From the sequence record OR544955: a DNA stretch of 64,000 nucleotides; one strand, given 5' to 3'. Every line of letters begins with the position of its first letter. Positions within the stretch are counted from its first letter, which is position 1. Shown piece by piece: positions 57,708 through 64,000 of this stretch. The position numbers were made by a program, and so were the translations under genes. The DNA comes from Escherichia phage vB_EcoP_EP32B. The notes below the pieces were generated by a model. It saw only the letters and a program-made list of their open reading frames with translations. It ran no database searches and was not told the origin of the DNA.

Positions 57708-57756
57708 GTTTACTTCTCCAGTAGTTGTGTTATTATAGACCTATCAACTACTGGAG
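57708..57756 (+). promoter_or_regulatory. early promoter in inverted repeat (PeSL-like)
   Basis: GTTTAC, arms CTCCAGTAGTTG / CAACTACTGGAG around GTTATTATAGACC. Confidence 0.5.
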
Positions 57757-57762
57757 AACAAA

Positions 57763-58080
57763 ATGAAAACCATCGATTGTAAAGCAGAATTTAAGATTTT
57801 TTATCACGGTTCAAGTAGTTCAGCTAACATCGAAAACATGCTTTGTCCTCCTGAGGAAACAGGAGTTCTGTCTGAAACTGGACGTAAGAAAAACTTGGAT
57901 CGTGTATTCTTTACTGAAGATATCGGTTTAGCAAAGATTTATGCAGGACGAGCAGCACGCTCTTATGGAGGTGAACCACGTCTCTATCGAGTAATTTCTC
58001 CGGTAGATGTAGTTCAAATGAATGATACTAAAGGTGCTACAGTTTATCACGCTGAATGGGCATTTTGCGAGGAAATATGA
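57763..58080 (+). CDS. hypothetical protein (105 aa)
   Basis: ORF after PeSL. Confidence 0.55.
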   Translation: MKTIDCKAEFKIFYHGSSSSANIENMLCPPEETGVLSETGRKKNLDRVFFTEDIGLAKIYAGRAARSYGGEPRLYRVISPVDVVQMNDTKGATVYHAEWAFCEEI

Positions 58081-58331
58081 GCAAATTAACTAAGGTTACT
58101 TTTATCGGTTGGTTTAAAAGCGGTGAGATGTTCACTAAAGATATCATGTTATCAGGTGATCGCGAAGAAATCGAGTGGGTTACGGTACAACTTGCTGAAG
58201 TGAACAAAGCATTAGTTAAAGCGTTTGTTAATGACGAGAAAGTTTTTGAAGCTGATTTCAAGTTTAAAATAGCTGTTTACAAGCCCCACATATTGTGTTA
58301 CTATCTTTCTATCAACTACAGAGGAAATTGA
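58077..58331 (+). CDS. hypothetical protein (84 aa)
   Basis: start MSKLTKVTFIGW after GAGGAAAT; ATGA overlap. Confidence 0.45.
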   Translation: MSKLTKVTFIGWFKSGEMFTKDIMLSGDREEIEWVTVQLAEVNKALVKAFVNDEKVFEADFKFKIAVYKPHILCYYLSINYRGN

Positions 58332-58332
58332 A

Positions 58333-58701
58333 ATGAAAAAATTAATCGCTTTAGCAATGGTATTTGGATTAACCGGATGTGGTGCCCATGGCTTTATCCC
58401 TAATAACGTTGGCCAATTGATTTACAATCCGAATGTTAAACAGTATGACCAACCTAAAGTTGAAGTGGAAGACCCGGTTACTGTAGGTAATCGAATGATT
58501 CAAGCTGATGCCCATGCTCAACGTTATCGTGACTCTGATACTGTAGCATTGTCAAAAGAACAACGCGTTAAAGAACATTGTCTACAGGCTACTGAAATCG
58601 CATTCATTCGCTATGTTGAAACAACTGGTAAAGAGCCTACCCAGAAACAAATAGCGAATAACTACGTCCAGTGTATTGAACGTTTAAACAAATTTAATTA
58701 A
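58333..58701 (+). CDS. lipoprotein (122 aa)
   Basis: signal peptide with lipobox LTGC. Confidence 0.6.
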   Translation: MKKLIALAMVFGLTGCGAHGFIPNNVGQLIYNPNVKQYDQPKVEVEDPVTVGNRMIQADAHAQRYRDSDTVALSKEQRVKEHCLQATEIAFIRYVETTGKEPTQKQIANNYVQCIERLNKFN

Positions 58702-58762
58702 TTGGTTTACACCAAAGTTAAAACAAGATACTATAAACATAACAAATCAAGAGGAAATTAAC

Positions 58763-59011
58763 ATGGAATTATTCGTGGCTAGTTCAGTAGCAGTTTTAAT
58801 CGCAGGTATTGGTTCAATCATCATTTACATGTTGCCTTGGGTAATCGCACTTATTCGTGGCACAAAAAGCACAACAGCAATCTTCTTTGTATCTTTACTC
58901 TTTAACTGGACGATGGTTGGTTGGATTGGAACTTTAATTTGGTCTATCGTTGCCGAAAAGAAATCTGCTCAGCAGCCTCAACAAGTAATTATTATTCGCG
59001 AAAAAGAATAA
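58763..59011 (+). CDS. membrane protein (82 aa)
   Basis: two hydrophobic helices. Confidence 0.55.
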   Translation: MELFVASSVAVLIAGIGSIIIYMLPWVIALIRGTKSTTAIFFVSLLFNWTMVGWIGTLIWSIVAEKKSAQQPQQVIIIREKE

Positions 59012-59015
59012 ACTT

Positions 59016-59055
59016 GTTTACATTATAGATGGACTATAGTATAGTAGTCCTATCA
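59016..59055 (+). promoter_or_regulatory. early promoter in inverted repeat (PeSL-like)
   Basis: GTTTAC, inverted repeat GGACTATAGTATAGTAGTCC, then AAGGAG. Confidence 0.45.
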
Positions 59056-59074
59056 AATCAACTAAGGAGTTAAA

Positions 59075-59368
59075 ATGAAAAAGTTATCATTGGCAGCAAT
59101 CTTACTTGCAGTATCATGTGCACCGGCTCCAGTTACGGCAGGTTATGATAAAGACCTCTGTGAGTGGTCAATGACTGCAAATCAAGAAGATGTTGAACAA
59201 CAAATCTTCTCTGATATCATGAACATCACTAAACGAGACCGTCCTAATATGGTTAATAAAGTTGTTGAACAACTTAAGTCTGGCGGTATCATGCAGTACA
59301 ACTATGTTTTGTATTGTGACCCTAATTTCGATAACAAAGATATCGTAACCGAAATCACAGGTGAATAA
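59075..59368 (+). CDS. sp: Spackle (sp) periplasmic protein
   Basis: signal peptide then AGYDKDLCEWSMTANQ...LKSGGIMQYNYVLYCDPNF, matches recalled T4 Sp. Confidence 0.8.
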   Translation: MKKLSLAAILLAVSCAPAPVTAGYDKDLCEWSMTANQEDVEQQIFSDIMNITKRDRPNMVNKVVEQLKSGGIMQYNYVLYCDPNFDNKDIVTEITGE

Positions 59369-59369
59369 T

Positions 59370-59786
59370 ATGATTTATTATATGCACAAAAATGCGCCAT
59401 TTAAATATGGTAAATTTCCTAATGCACAATGTTATAATATAACGCCTAATGAAAATAATAACGGATACCATCTCGGTGTAATTTTTGTAATTGTTAAAGA
59501 TAACGAAATCGTTGCCTGGGCAGATTTTAAAGGTACAACATATGATGTTAATCCTGTGCCTTTCACATATTATAATTTAATGGATTTGGCATATGATTAT
59601 AATTGGTTTAATCATGAAGGATTTGACATCTCTTATTCTAGCTATTCATTATGTCCTATGAGCCGAGCTCACGGTAAAGATGTATCATATCTTTCAATTC
59701 GGAAACGTGTAAACTTCAAACGTAGTACAGAGTATGTTGGTGGACTCTTTGTTAAAGATAATAAAATAACATTAGTTATCCTCTAA
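59370..59786 (+). CDS. hypothetical protein (138 aa)
   Basis: ORF 59361..59786, start MIYYMHKN. Confidence 0.5.
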   Translation: MIYYMHKNAPFKYGKFPNAQCYNITPNENNNGYHLGVIFVIVKDNEIVAWADFKGTTYDVNPVPFTYYNLMDLAYDYNWFNHEGFDISYSSYSLCPMSRAHGKDVSYLSIRKRVNFKRSTEYVGGLFVKDNKITLVIL

Positions 59787-59993
59787 GTGTAGGCCAAAAA
59801 GATGTTGATGTTGATTTGGACTTAACTGAAAATAACATTAATCGTATTGCTTCTGTATATTTTGATATCGATGAAAAAATTGTAGTGTGTGGATACGAAT
59901 TACCACCTGAAGAAAAGGCCGAAACAATTGAAGTCGAATTAGAAATTTCTGTTGATGACCAAATATTTAATGCATTTATGAATCGAGGTTAAA

Positions 59994-60179
59994 ATGACTA
60001 CTGCAATTTGCACTGGTTCTAAAATTAGTGTTTTTACAAGTTTTGAAGATTATGAAGTTGTTTCAAAACACCAATGCCATATTAGCGTAAAAGCTAATGA
60101 CGGTGTAATTTGGAATATTCCACAGTATGAAGGCACTACATATGAAGTCACAGATAAAGCAATCTTTGTAATTGATTAA
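59994..60179 (+). CDS. hypothetical protein (61 aa)
   Basis: short ORF. Confidence 0.45.
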   Translation: MTTAICTGSKISVFTSFEDYEVVSKHQCHISVKANDGVIWNIPQYEGTTYEVTDKAIFVID

Positions 60180-60198
60180 ATATACTCAGGAGGTACCT

Positions 60199-60666
60199 AT
60201 GGGTATTATTAACACTGCAATAGATTCTGTTTACGCATATAAGTTTATTCGACTAATGCAAAAACCTTTTACCGAATGGAAAGCGTACGAAGCCAAAATA
60301 ATCGATGAACGTGGAAGTGTTCTTAAACGTCCTTCTACTCCTGAAGAGAAAGCGGCTTATACACCTTTTCATGCTTCAGTTCGTTCAATGAAGCGAATGA
60401 TGAGTACTGTTCCAGGTCTTAATGGAATGGCCTCAATGATGTCTGCCTGGAGTGCTGTAGCTTCACGCTATAACATTACTGAAGAACAACAGAAAGAAAT
60501 ATTTAAAGAACTCCCTTTATTTGAGGATATGGTTGCTGGTGATTCAGGCGGCAGTCCTCAAGCTATTGCATCAGGAACAACTACAGGTGCAGTCGTAAAT
60601 AAAGGTCCAGAACAAATTCCTTCCAAGAAAAGAAAGCGAATTAAAGTAAATATTAATAAGTTGTGA
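60199..60666 (+). CDS. hypothetical protein (155 aa)
   Basis: start MGIINTAIDS after AGGAGGTACCT. Confidence 0.55.
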   Translation: MGIINTAIDSVYAYKFIRLMQKPFTEWKAYEAKIIDERGSVLKRPSTPEEKAAYTPFHASVRSMKRMMSTVPGLNGMASMMSAWSAVASRYNITEEQQKEIFKELPLFEDMVAGDSGGSPQAIASGTTTGAVVNKGPEQIPSKKRKRIKVNINKL

Positions 60667-60705
60667 TAAGATGGCCTTATTAATTTAAGGCCTCTGGAGA
60701 ATACT

Positions 60706-61728
60706 ATGGCTGAATGGATAGATAATGAATTTGCTTATCGTGCGTTTTCTCACCTACCTCGTTTTAGACAAATCAATAATTCAAGTACATTTAAATTAAC
60801 ATTTCGATGTCCAGTTTGTGGCGACTCCCAGACAGATGCAATGAAAGCTCGCGGATGGTATTATGGCGGTACTCCTGGTAATGTACATTGCTATAACTGT
60901 CAATACCACAATACAATTTCAGGATACTTAAAAGAGTATGATGAAGAGCTTTATCGCGAATATCTAATGGAAGTTCGTAAAGAAAAAGCTAGAATGGAAC
61001 CAAAGATTGAAAAGGTTCCTGAACATAAACCAGAACCGGAGAAAAAGACTATAAATTCTTTGCCGTCTTGTTCTCGTCTAGACAAGTTGCCTGAAGAGCA
61101 TCCTATTGTGAAATATGTTAAGTCTCGGTGTATTCCTAAAGAATCGTGGAATAGATTATGGTTCACATTAGAATGGCCTAAATTGGTCAACAAGATTCAA
61201 CCTGGTACGTATAAGAAAGAGATTCCCGAGCCACGTTTAGTGATTCCTATTTTTAATAAAGACGGGAAGGCCGAGTCATTCCAAGGACGTGCACTTCGTA
61301 AAGATGCTCCTCAGAAATATATCACTATTAAAGCGTTTGAGTCTGCAACAAAAATTTATGGCGTTGAACGTGTTAAGGAAGGAGACGTCTGGGTAATGGA
61401 AGGCCCTATTGATAGTTTATTCATACCCAATGCAATCGCTATTACAGGCGGCTCGATAGATTTAGATGTGGTACCATTTAAAGAACGACGGGTATGGGTA
61501 ATGGATAATGAACCTAGGCATCCGGATACTATAGCTCGCATGAAGCGATTAGTTGATGCAGGCGAACGTGTCATGTTCTGGGATAGAGCTCCATGGAGTT
61601 CAAAGGATGTGAATGATATGGTAATGAAAGAAAATGCAACACCACAAGAAATTTTAGAATATATGAAACAGAATATTTCAAGTGGGTTGCATGCTAAAAT
61701 GAGATTATCTCGTTATTCGAAGATTTAA
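60706..61728 (+). CDS. 61: DNA primase gp61
   Basis: zinc ribbon CPVCGDS...CYNCQ and TOPRIM region VWVMEGPIDS / VMDNEPRH. Confidence 0.9.
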   Translation: MAEWIDNEFAYRAFSHLPRFRQINNSSTFKLTFRCPVCGDSQTDAMKARGWYYGGTPGNVHCYNCQYHNTISGYLKEYDEELYREYLMEVRKEKARMEPKIEKVPEHKPEPEKKTINSLPSCSRLDKLPEEHPIVKYVKSRCIPKESWNRLWFTLEWPKLVNKIQPGTYKKEIPEPRLVIPIFNKDGKAESFQGRALRKDAPQKYITIKAFESATKIYGVERVKEGDVWVMEGPIDSLFIPNAIAITGGSIDLDVVPFKERRVWVMDNEPRHPDTIARMKRLVDAGERVMFWDRAPWSSKDVNDMVMKENATPQEILEYMKQNISSGLHAKMRLSRYSKI

Positions 61729-61922
61729 ACAAGCCCTATAATAGCAAAGGCCAAATCAACTACAGTATCCAATGGAACAGAAGGAACTATAATACCATGG
61801 GCAACTAACAATGGTGCAATCCCGAAGTTCCATGAAATAATGCCACCTACAACTATTGCAGCGATAGCATTTTTCTTTTTATTGCCTTTAATAGCGTTGA
61901 TTAACGATGGAAGTTTAAACAT
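61725..61922 (-). CDS. small membrane protein (65 aa)
   Basis: only ORF in the 61729-61996 gap; minus-strand AAGGAG Shine-Dalgarno about 6 nt before ATG; two hydrophobic segments. Confidence 0.5.
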   Translation of the reverse strand: MFKLPSLINAIKGNKKKNAIAAIVVGGIISWNFGIAPLLVAHGIIVPSVPLDTVVDLAFAIIGLV

Positions 61923-62011
61923 AATATCTCCTTAGTTACCTATTATTTATTACGCTTTATAAAATTAATGTTAGAATTAACTCACTTATTACTGAATTGA
62001 AAGGAAAAATA

Positions 62012-62326
62012 ATGGCGCACTTTAATGAATGTTCACAACTTATTTCTGGTGTTGATAAAGCAGAAGAAGCTTATTTTAATGCTCTGATTCACGAAGATAA
62101 AGACCCACTTCAGGTAATGCTTGATATGCAGAAATCTTTACAGGTTCGTCTGGCAAATGACAAGCCTGAACATAACAAACATCCTGATGAATTGGCTACT
62201 GCCGGTGATGTTGTTGATTGGCTGCGTAATCAGAAAGATTATATTGATGATGAATTCCGTGAACTGTTGACTTCACTTGGTGGTATGATTATAAATACAC
62301 CTGTAATTAAACAACAAAGGAGTTAA
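62012..62326 (+). CDS. 56: dCTP pyrophosphatase gp56-like (MazG-type), short form
   Basis: MAHFNECSQLISGVDKAEEAYF...ATAGDVVDWLRNQKDYIDDEFRELLTSLG; 104 aa, shorter than T4 gp56 as recalled. Confidence 0.65.
   Translation: MAHFNECSQLISGVDKAEEAYFNALIHEDKDPLQVMLDMQKSLQVRLANDKPEHNKHPDELATAGDVVDWLRNQKDYIDDEFRELLTSLGGMIINTPVIKQQRS
62290..62297 (+). promoter_or_regulatory. late promoter TATAAATA upstream of soc
   Basis: exact TATAAATA about 32 bp before soc ATG, within the 3-prime end of gene 56. Confidence 0.5.
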
Positions 62327-62328
62327 TT

Positions 62329-62472
62329 ATGGGTGGTTATGTAAACATCAAAACCTTTACGCATCCTGCTGGTGAAGGCAAAGAAGTTAAAGGTATGGAA
62401 GTTTCTGTACCGTTTGAGATTTATTCAAACGAACATCGGATTGCTGATTCTCATTACCAAGTAAGTGGTTAA
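62329..62472 (+). CDS. soc: Soc-like small outer capsid protein, shortened (47 aa)
   Basis: GYVNIKTF...HYQVSG resembles Soc N-terminus and extreme C-terminus; AAGGAG Shine-Dalgarno; terminator immediately downstream. Confidence 0.55.
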   Translation: MGGYVNIKTFTHPAGEGKEVKGMEVSVPFEIYSNEHRIADSHYQVSG

Positions 62473-62481
62473 ATAATTTAA

Positions 62482-62506
62482 GGAATCCTTCGGGATTCCT
62501 TTTTTT
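62482..62506 (+). terminator. UUCG-tetraloop hairpin terminator after soc
   Basis: GGAATCC-TTCG-GGATTCC followed by TTTTTTT. Confidence 0.65.
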
Positions 62507-62573
62507 GTTTCTACAGTTTACAACCACTAAAAACTGTGTTAAGATATTTTTACTTACTCAAGAGGAGAACAAT

Positions 62574-62801
62574 ATGTTAAATCGTTGGATTAAACCTAAT
62601 AACACATTAGGTGCTTTGATTGCTCAAGAAGTTTCATTAAAGTACGGTCTTGGATATTACGATGATGTAGTCGTACACTCATTCATGATGGATGGTGAAG
62701 ACGTCAAATTTAATGCCGAAATCCGCTGGGATGACGGTGGTGTTCGTTTTGTTCGAGGAACAATTAATGCTTACGATACTGAAGAAGTTGTTTGCTGTTA
62801 A
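62574..62801 (+). CDS. hypothetical protein (75 aa)
   Basis: start MLNRWIKPNN after GAGGAGAAC; upstream CAGTTTAC promoter. Confidence 0.5.
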   Translation: MLNRWIKPNNTLGALIAQEVSLKYGLGYYDDVVVHSFMMDGEDVKFNAEIRWDDGGVRFVRGTINAYDTEEVVCC

Positions 62802-62814
62802 ACCAGGCGAAGGT

Positions 62815-63015
62815 ATGATGCCTATTCCTGATACACACGAAAAAAGTTGGGAATATATCGGTGACGGCATGATGGAAGAAGTTGTTCGTCCAAAAACAAA
62901 ACAGGTTAATGCTTCAAGCTCTTCAAGTTATAATCATTCATACGTATCGTCTTGGCCTGGTGATTCTGGGTCAAGTTATTCTGATTGTGGTTCAAACTCA
63001 GGGAGCTGCGAATGA
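62815..63015 (+). CDS. Ser-rich hypothetical protein (66 aa)
   Basis: frame of ORF 62692..63015, start MMPIPDTHEK. Confidence 0.4.
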   Translation: MMPIPDTHEKSWEYIGDGMMEEVVRPKTKQVNASSSSSYNHSYVSSWPGDSGSSYSDCGSNSGSCE

Positions 63016-63191
63016 ACAAGATAGTTAAATGGTTTAAAAGCTGGGACGATGGTGTCGGTCCAGAAGATTGGCTGGATGTTCTTGAAGAGAATATGGCTAA
63101 AGAATTCCAAAAACATGAAGAGAAGCTCGTCGAAGATGAAGGCGAACGTATTGTAAAACTTTATATGGGTGAACCATCGAGGAAATTATAA
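63012..63191 (+). CDS. hypothetical protein (59 aa)
   Basis: ATGA overlap; MNKIVKWFKSW. Confidence 0.45.
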   Translation: MNKIVKWFKSWDDGVGPEDWLDVLEENMAKEFQKHEEKLVEDEGERIVKLYMGEPSRKL

Positions 63192-63655
63192 TGGATGCTA
63201 TGTTATTTAAAATGTATTTGCTTGAAGCCAAGTCGTTTAAACATATACCAGTAGAAGATAAGACTCCACTAGAAATAGCTATTCTCATTAACAAAAGTCT
63301 AAATAATCCGCAATATATCGTAGAAGAATTCTGCAAATTGCAGATTCCTAAAGGTTACAAAATTCGTGTAGAGCGAGTTGGAGCTATTACTCGTTCTAAA
63401 AATTCTCCGTTTAGTCTTGAAGAAGGCATAAAGGACTTAGGTTATGAATCTACGGAAAATGCCGTTTATGCGAATCCTGAAAAGCGTTTAGACTTGTTTG
63501 AAAAGCGAGACCACAAATATTTTGCCAAAAAATACTTTATTACATCATTAGCAGATTTAATCCATTTGCAACGAGCTATTTGGAAATTTTTTAAGACAAA
63601 AGGTGTAGCGCTAGAAACATTTTCTGAACCGGCTAGTTTTTATCTCGGTGAATAA
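63191..63655 (+). CDS. hypothetical protein (154 aa)
   Basis: ATAATG overlap with upstream stop. Confidence 0.55.
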   Translation: MDAMLFKMYLLEAKSFKHIPVEDKTPLEIAILINKSLNNPQYIVEEFCKLQIPKGYKIRVERVGAITRSKNSPFSLEEGIKDLGYESTENAVYANPEKRLDLFEKRDHKYFAKKYFITSLADLIHLQRAIWKFFKTKGVALETFSEPASFYLGE

Positions 63656-63656
63656 T

Positions 63657-63836
63657 ATGGACTTGATGAGTATGTTTGATGAGCCTGAAGTTGAGGCTCC
63701 TAAAGTTCATCGTAGTGAACTTGTCGATGAACTAGATAGTATTATACAACGTCACGGCTTTAGTTTACCATTAGAAGTCCTGAAAGACCTTGCCTCTTAT
63801 TATGATGACCCTCCACCATGGAGTCCTTGGAAATGA
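63657..63836 (+). CDS. hypothetical acidic protein (59 aa)
   Basis: frame of ORF 63648..63836, start MDLMSMF. Confidence 0.45.
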   Translation: MDLMSMFDEPEVEAPKVHRSELVDELDSIIQRHGFSLPLEVLKDLASYYDDPPPWSPWK

Positions 63837-63997
63837 AAGAGAAATTGAAAGAGAAATTCTTACTAGAAATCAAGGAAAAAGACTTTGAGACATGGTATCG
63901 AATGGTGAAAGGGTTGACATTGCTTTTTAAAGCATCGTTATTCATGTTAGAACAACCTGGTCCTGATGGTCCTTTAGTAGGAAAGCTTAAAAAGTAG
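63833..63997 (+). CDS. hypothetical protein (54 aa)
   Basis: ATGA overlap; MKEKLKEKFLLEIKEKDFETWY; below track cutoff. Confidence 0.3.
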   Translation: MKEKLKEKFLLEIKEKDFETWYRMVKGLTLLFKASLFMLEQPGPDGPLVGKLKK

Positions 63998-64000
63998 TTT

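Noticed and set aside
61725-61922. Whether the only minus-strand ORF in the early region is an artefact
   Set aside because: Not rejected as a gene; kept because it has a good minus-strand Shine-Dalgarno and fills an otherwise empty gap. Noted here because its opposite orientation is unusual.

Overview
This window is a segment of a T4-like (Tevenvirinae) myovirus genome; several proteins are close to T4 proteins recalled from memory (lysozyme e roughly 80% identical) but it is not T4 itself. Left end (1-5876, minus strand): baseplate genes 7 (partial), 6, 5.4 (PAAR), 5.1, 5 (hub/tail lysozyme) and 53. From 5938 onward almost everything is on the plus strand in T4 order: 4/2, 3, 1, 57A, 57B, a hyperplastic block of small early ORFs, nudE, e, an internal protein, denV, regB, tk, rI, a second hyperplastic block, nrdC, 49, nrdD, nrdG, 55, 47, 46, rpbA, 45, 44, 62, regA, 43, a divergent block where T4 has imm/42/beta-gt, uvsX, 40, 41, the 61.x/sp region, 61, 56 and soc. 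The most interesting region is 47798-54187: a disrupted SIS sugar-phosphate isomerase, a bifunctional nucleotidyltransferase-kinase, a HAD phosphatase, a divergent thymidylate-synthase-fold hydroxymethylase and a second P-loop kinase, with no alpha- or beta-glucosyltransferase gene at the T4 positions. I read this as a DNA hypermodification module using a non-glucose sugar, arabinose being one candidate. Other notable items: a 57B/Acb1-like 2H phosphoesterase, two Pol-beta-type nucleotidyltransferase-like proteins, a macro-domain protein, a thymidine kinase lacking its P-loop, a host-like GrcA/YfiD gene, many early promoters embedded in inverted repeats (PeSL-like), and several apparent frameshifts. 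No intact tRNA, CRISPR array, intron or homing endonuclease was found. All identifications rest on reading the translations and on recalled family motifs and T4 synteny; no database search was run. Coordinates of regulatory elements were counted by hand and may be off by 1-2 bp.
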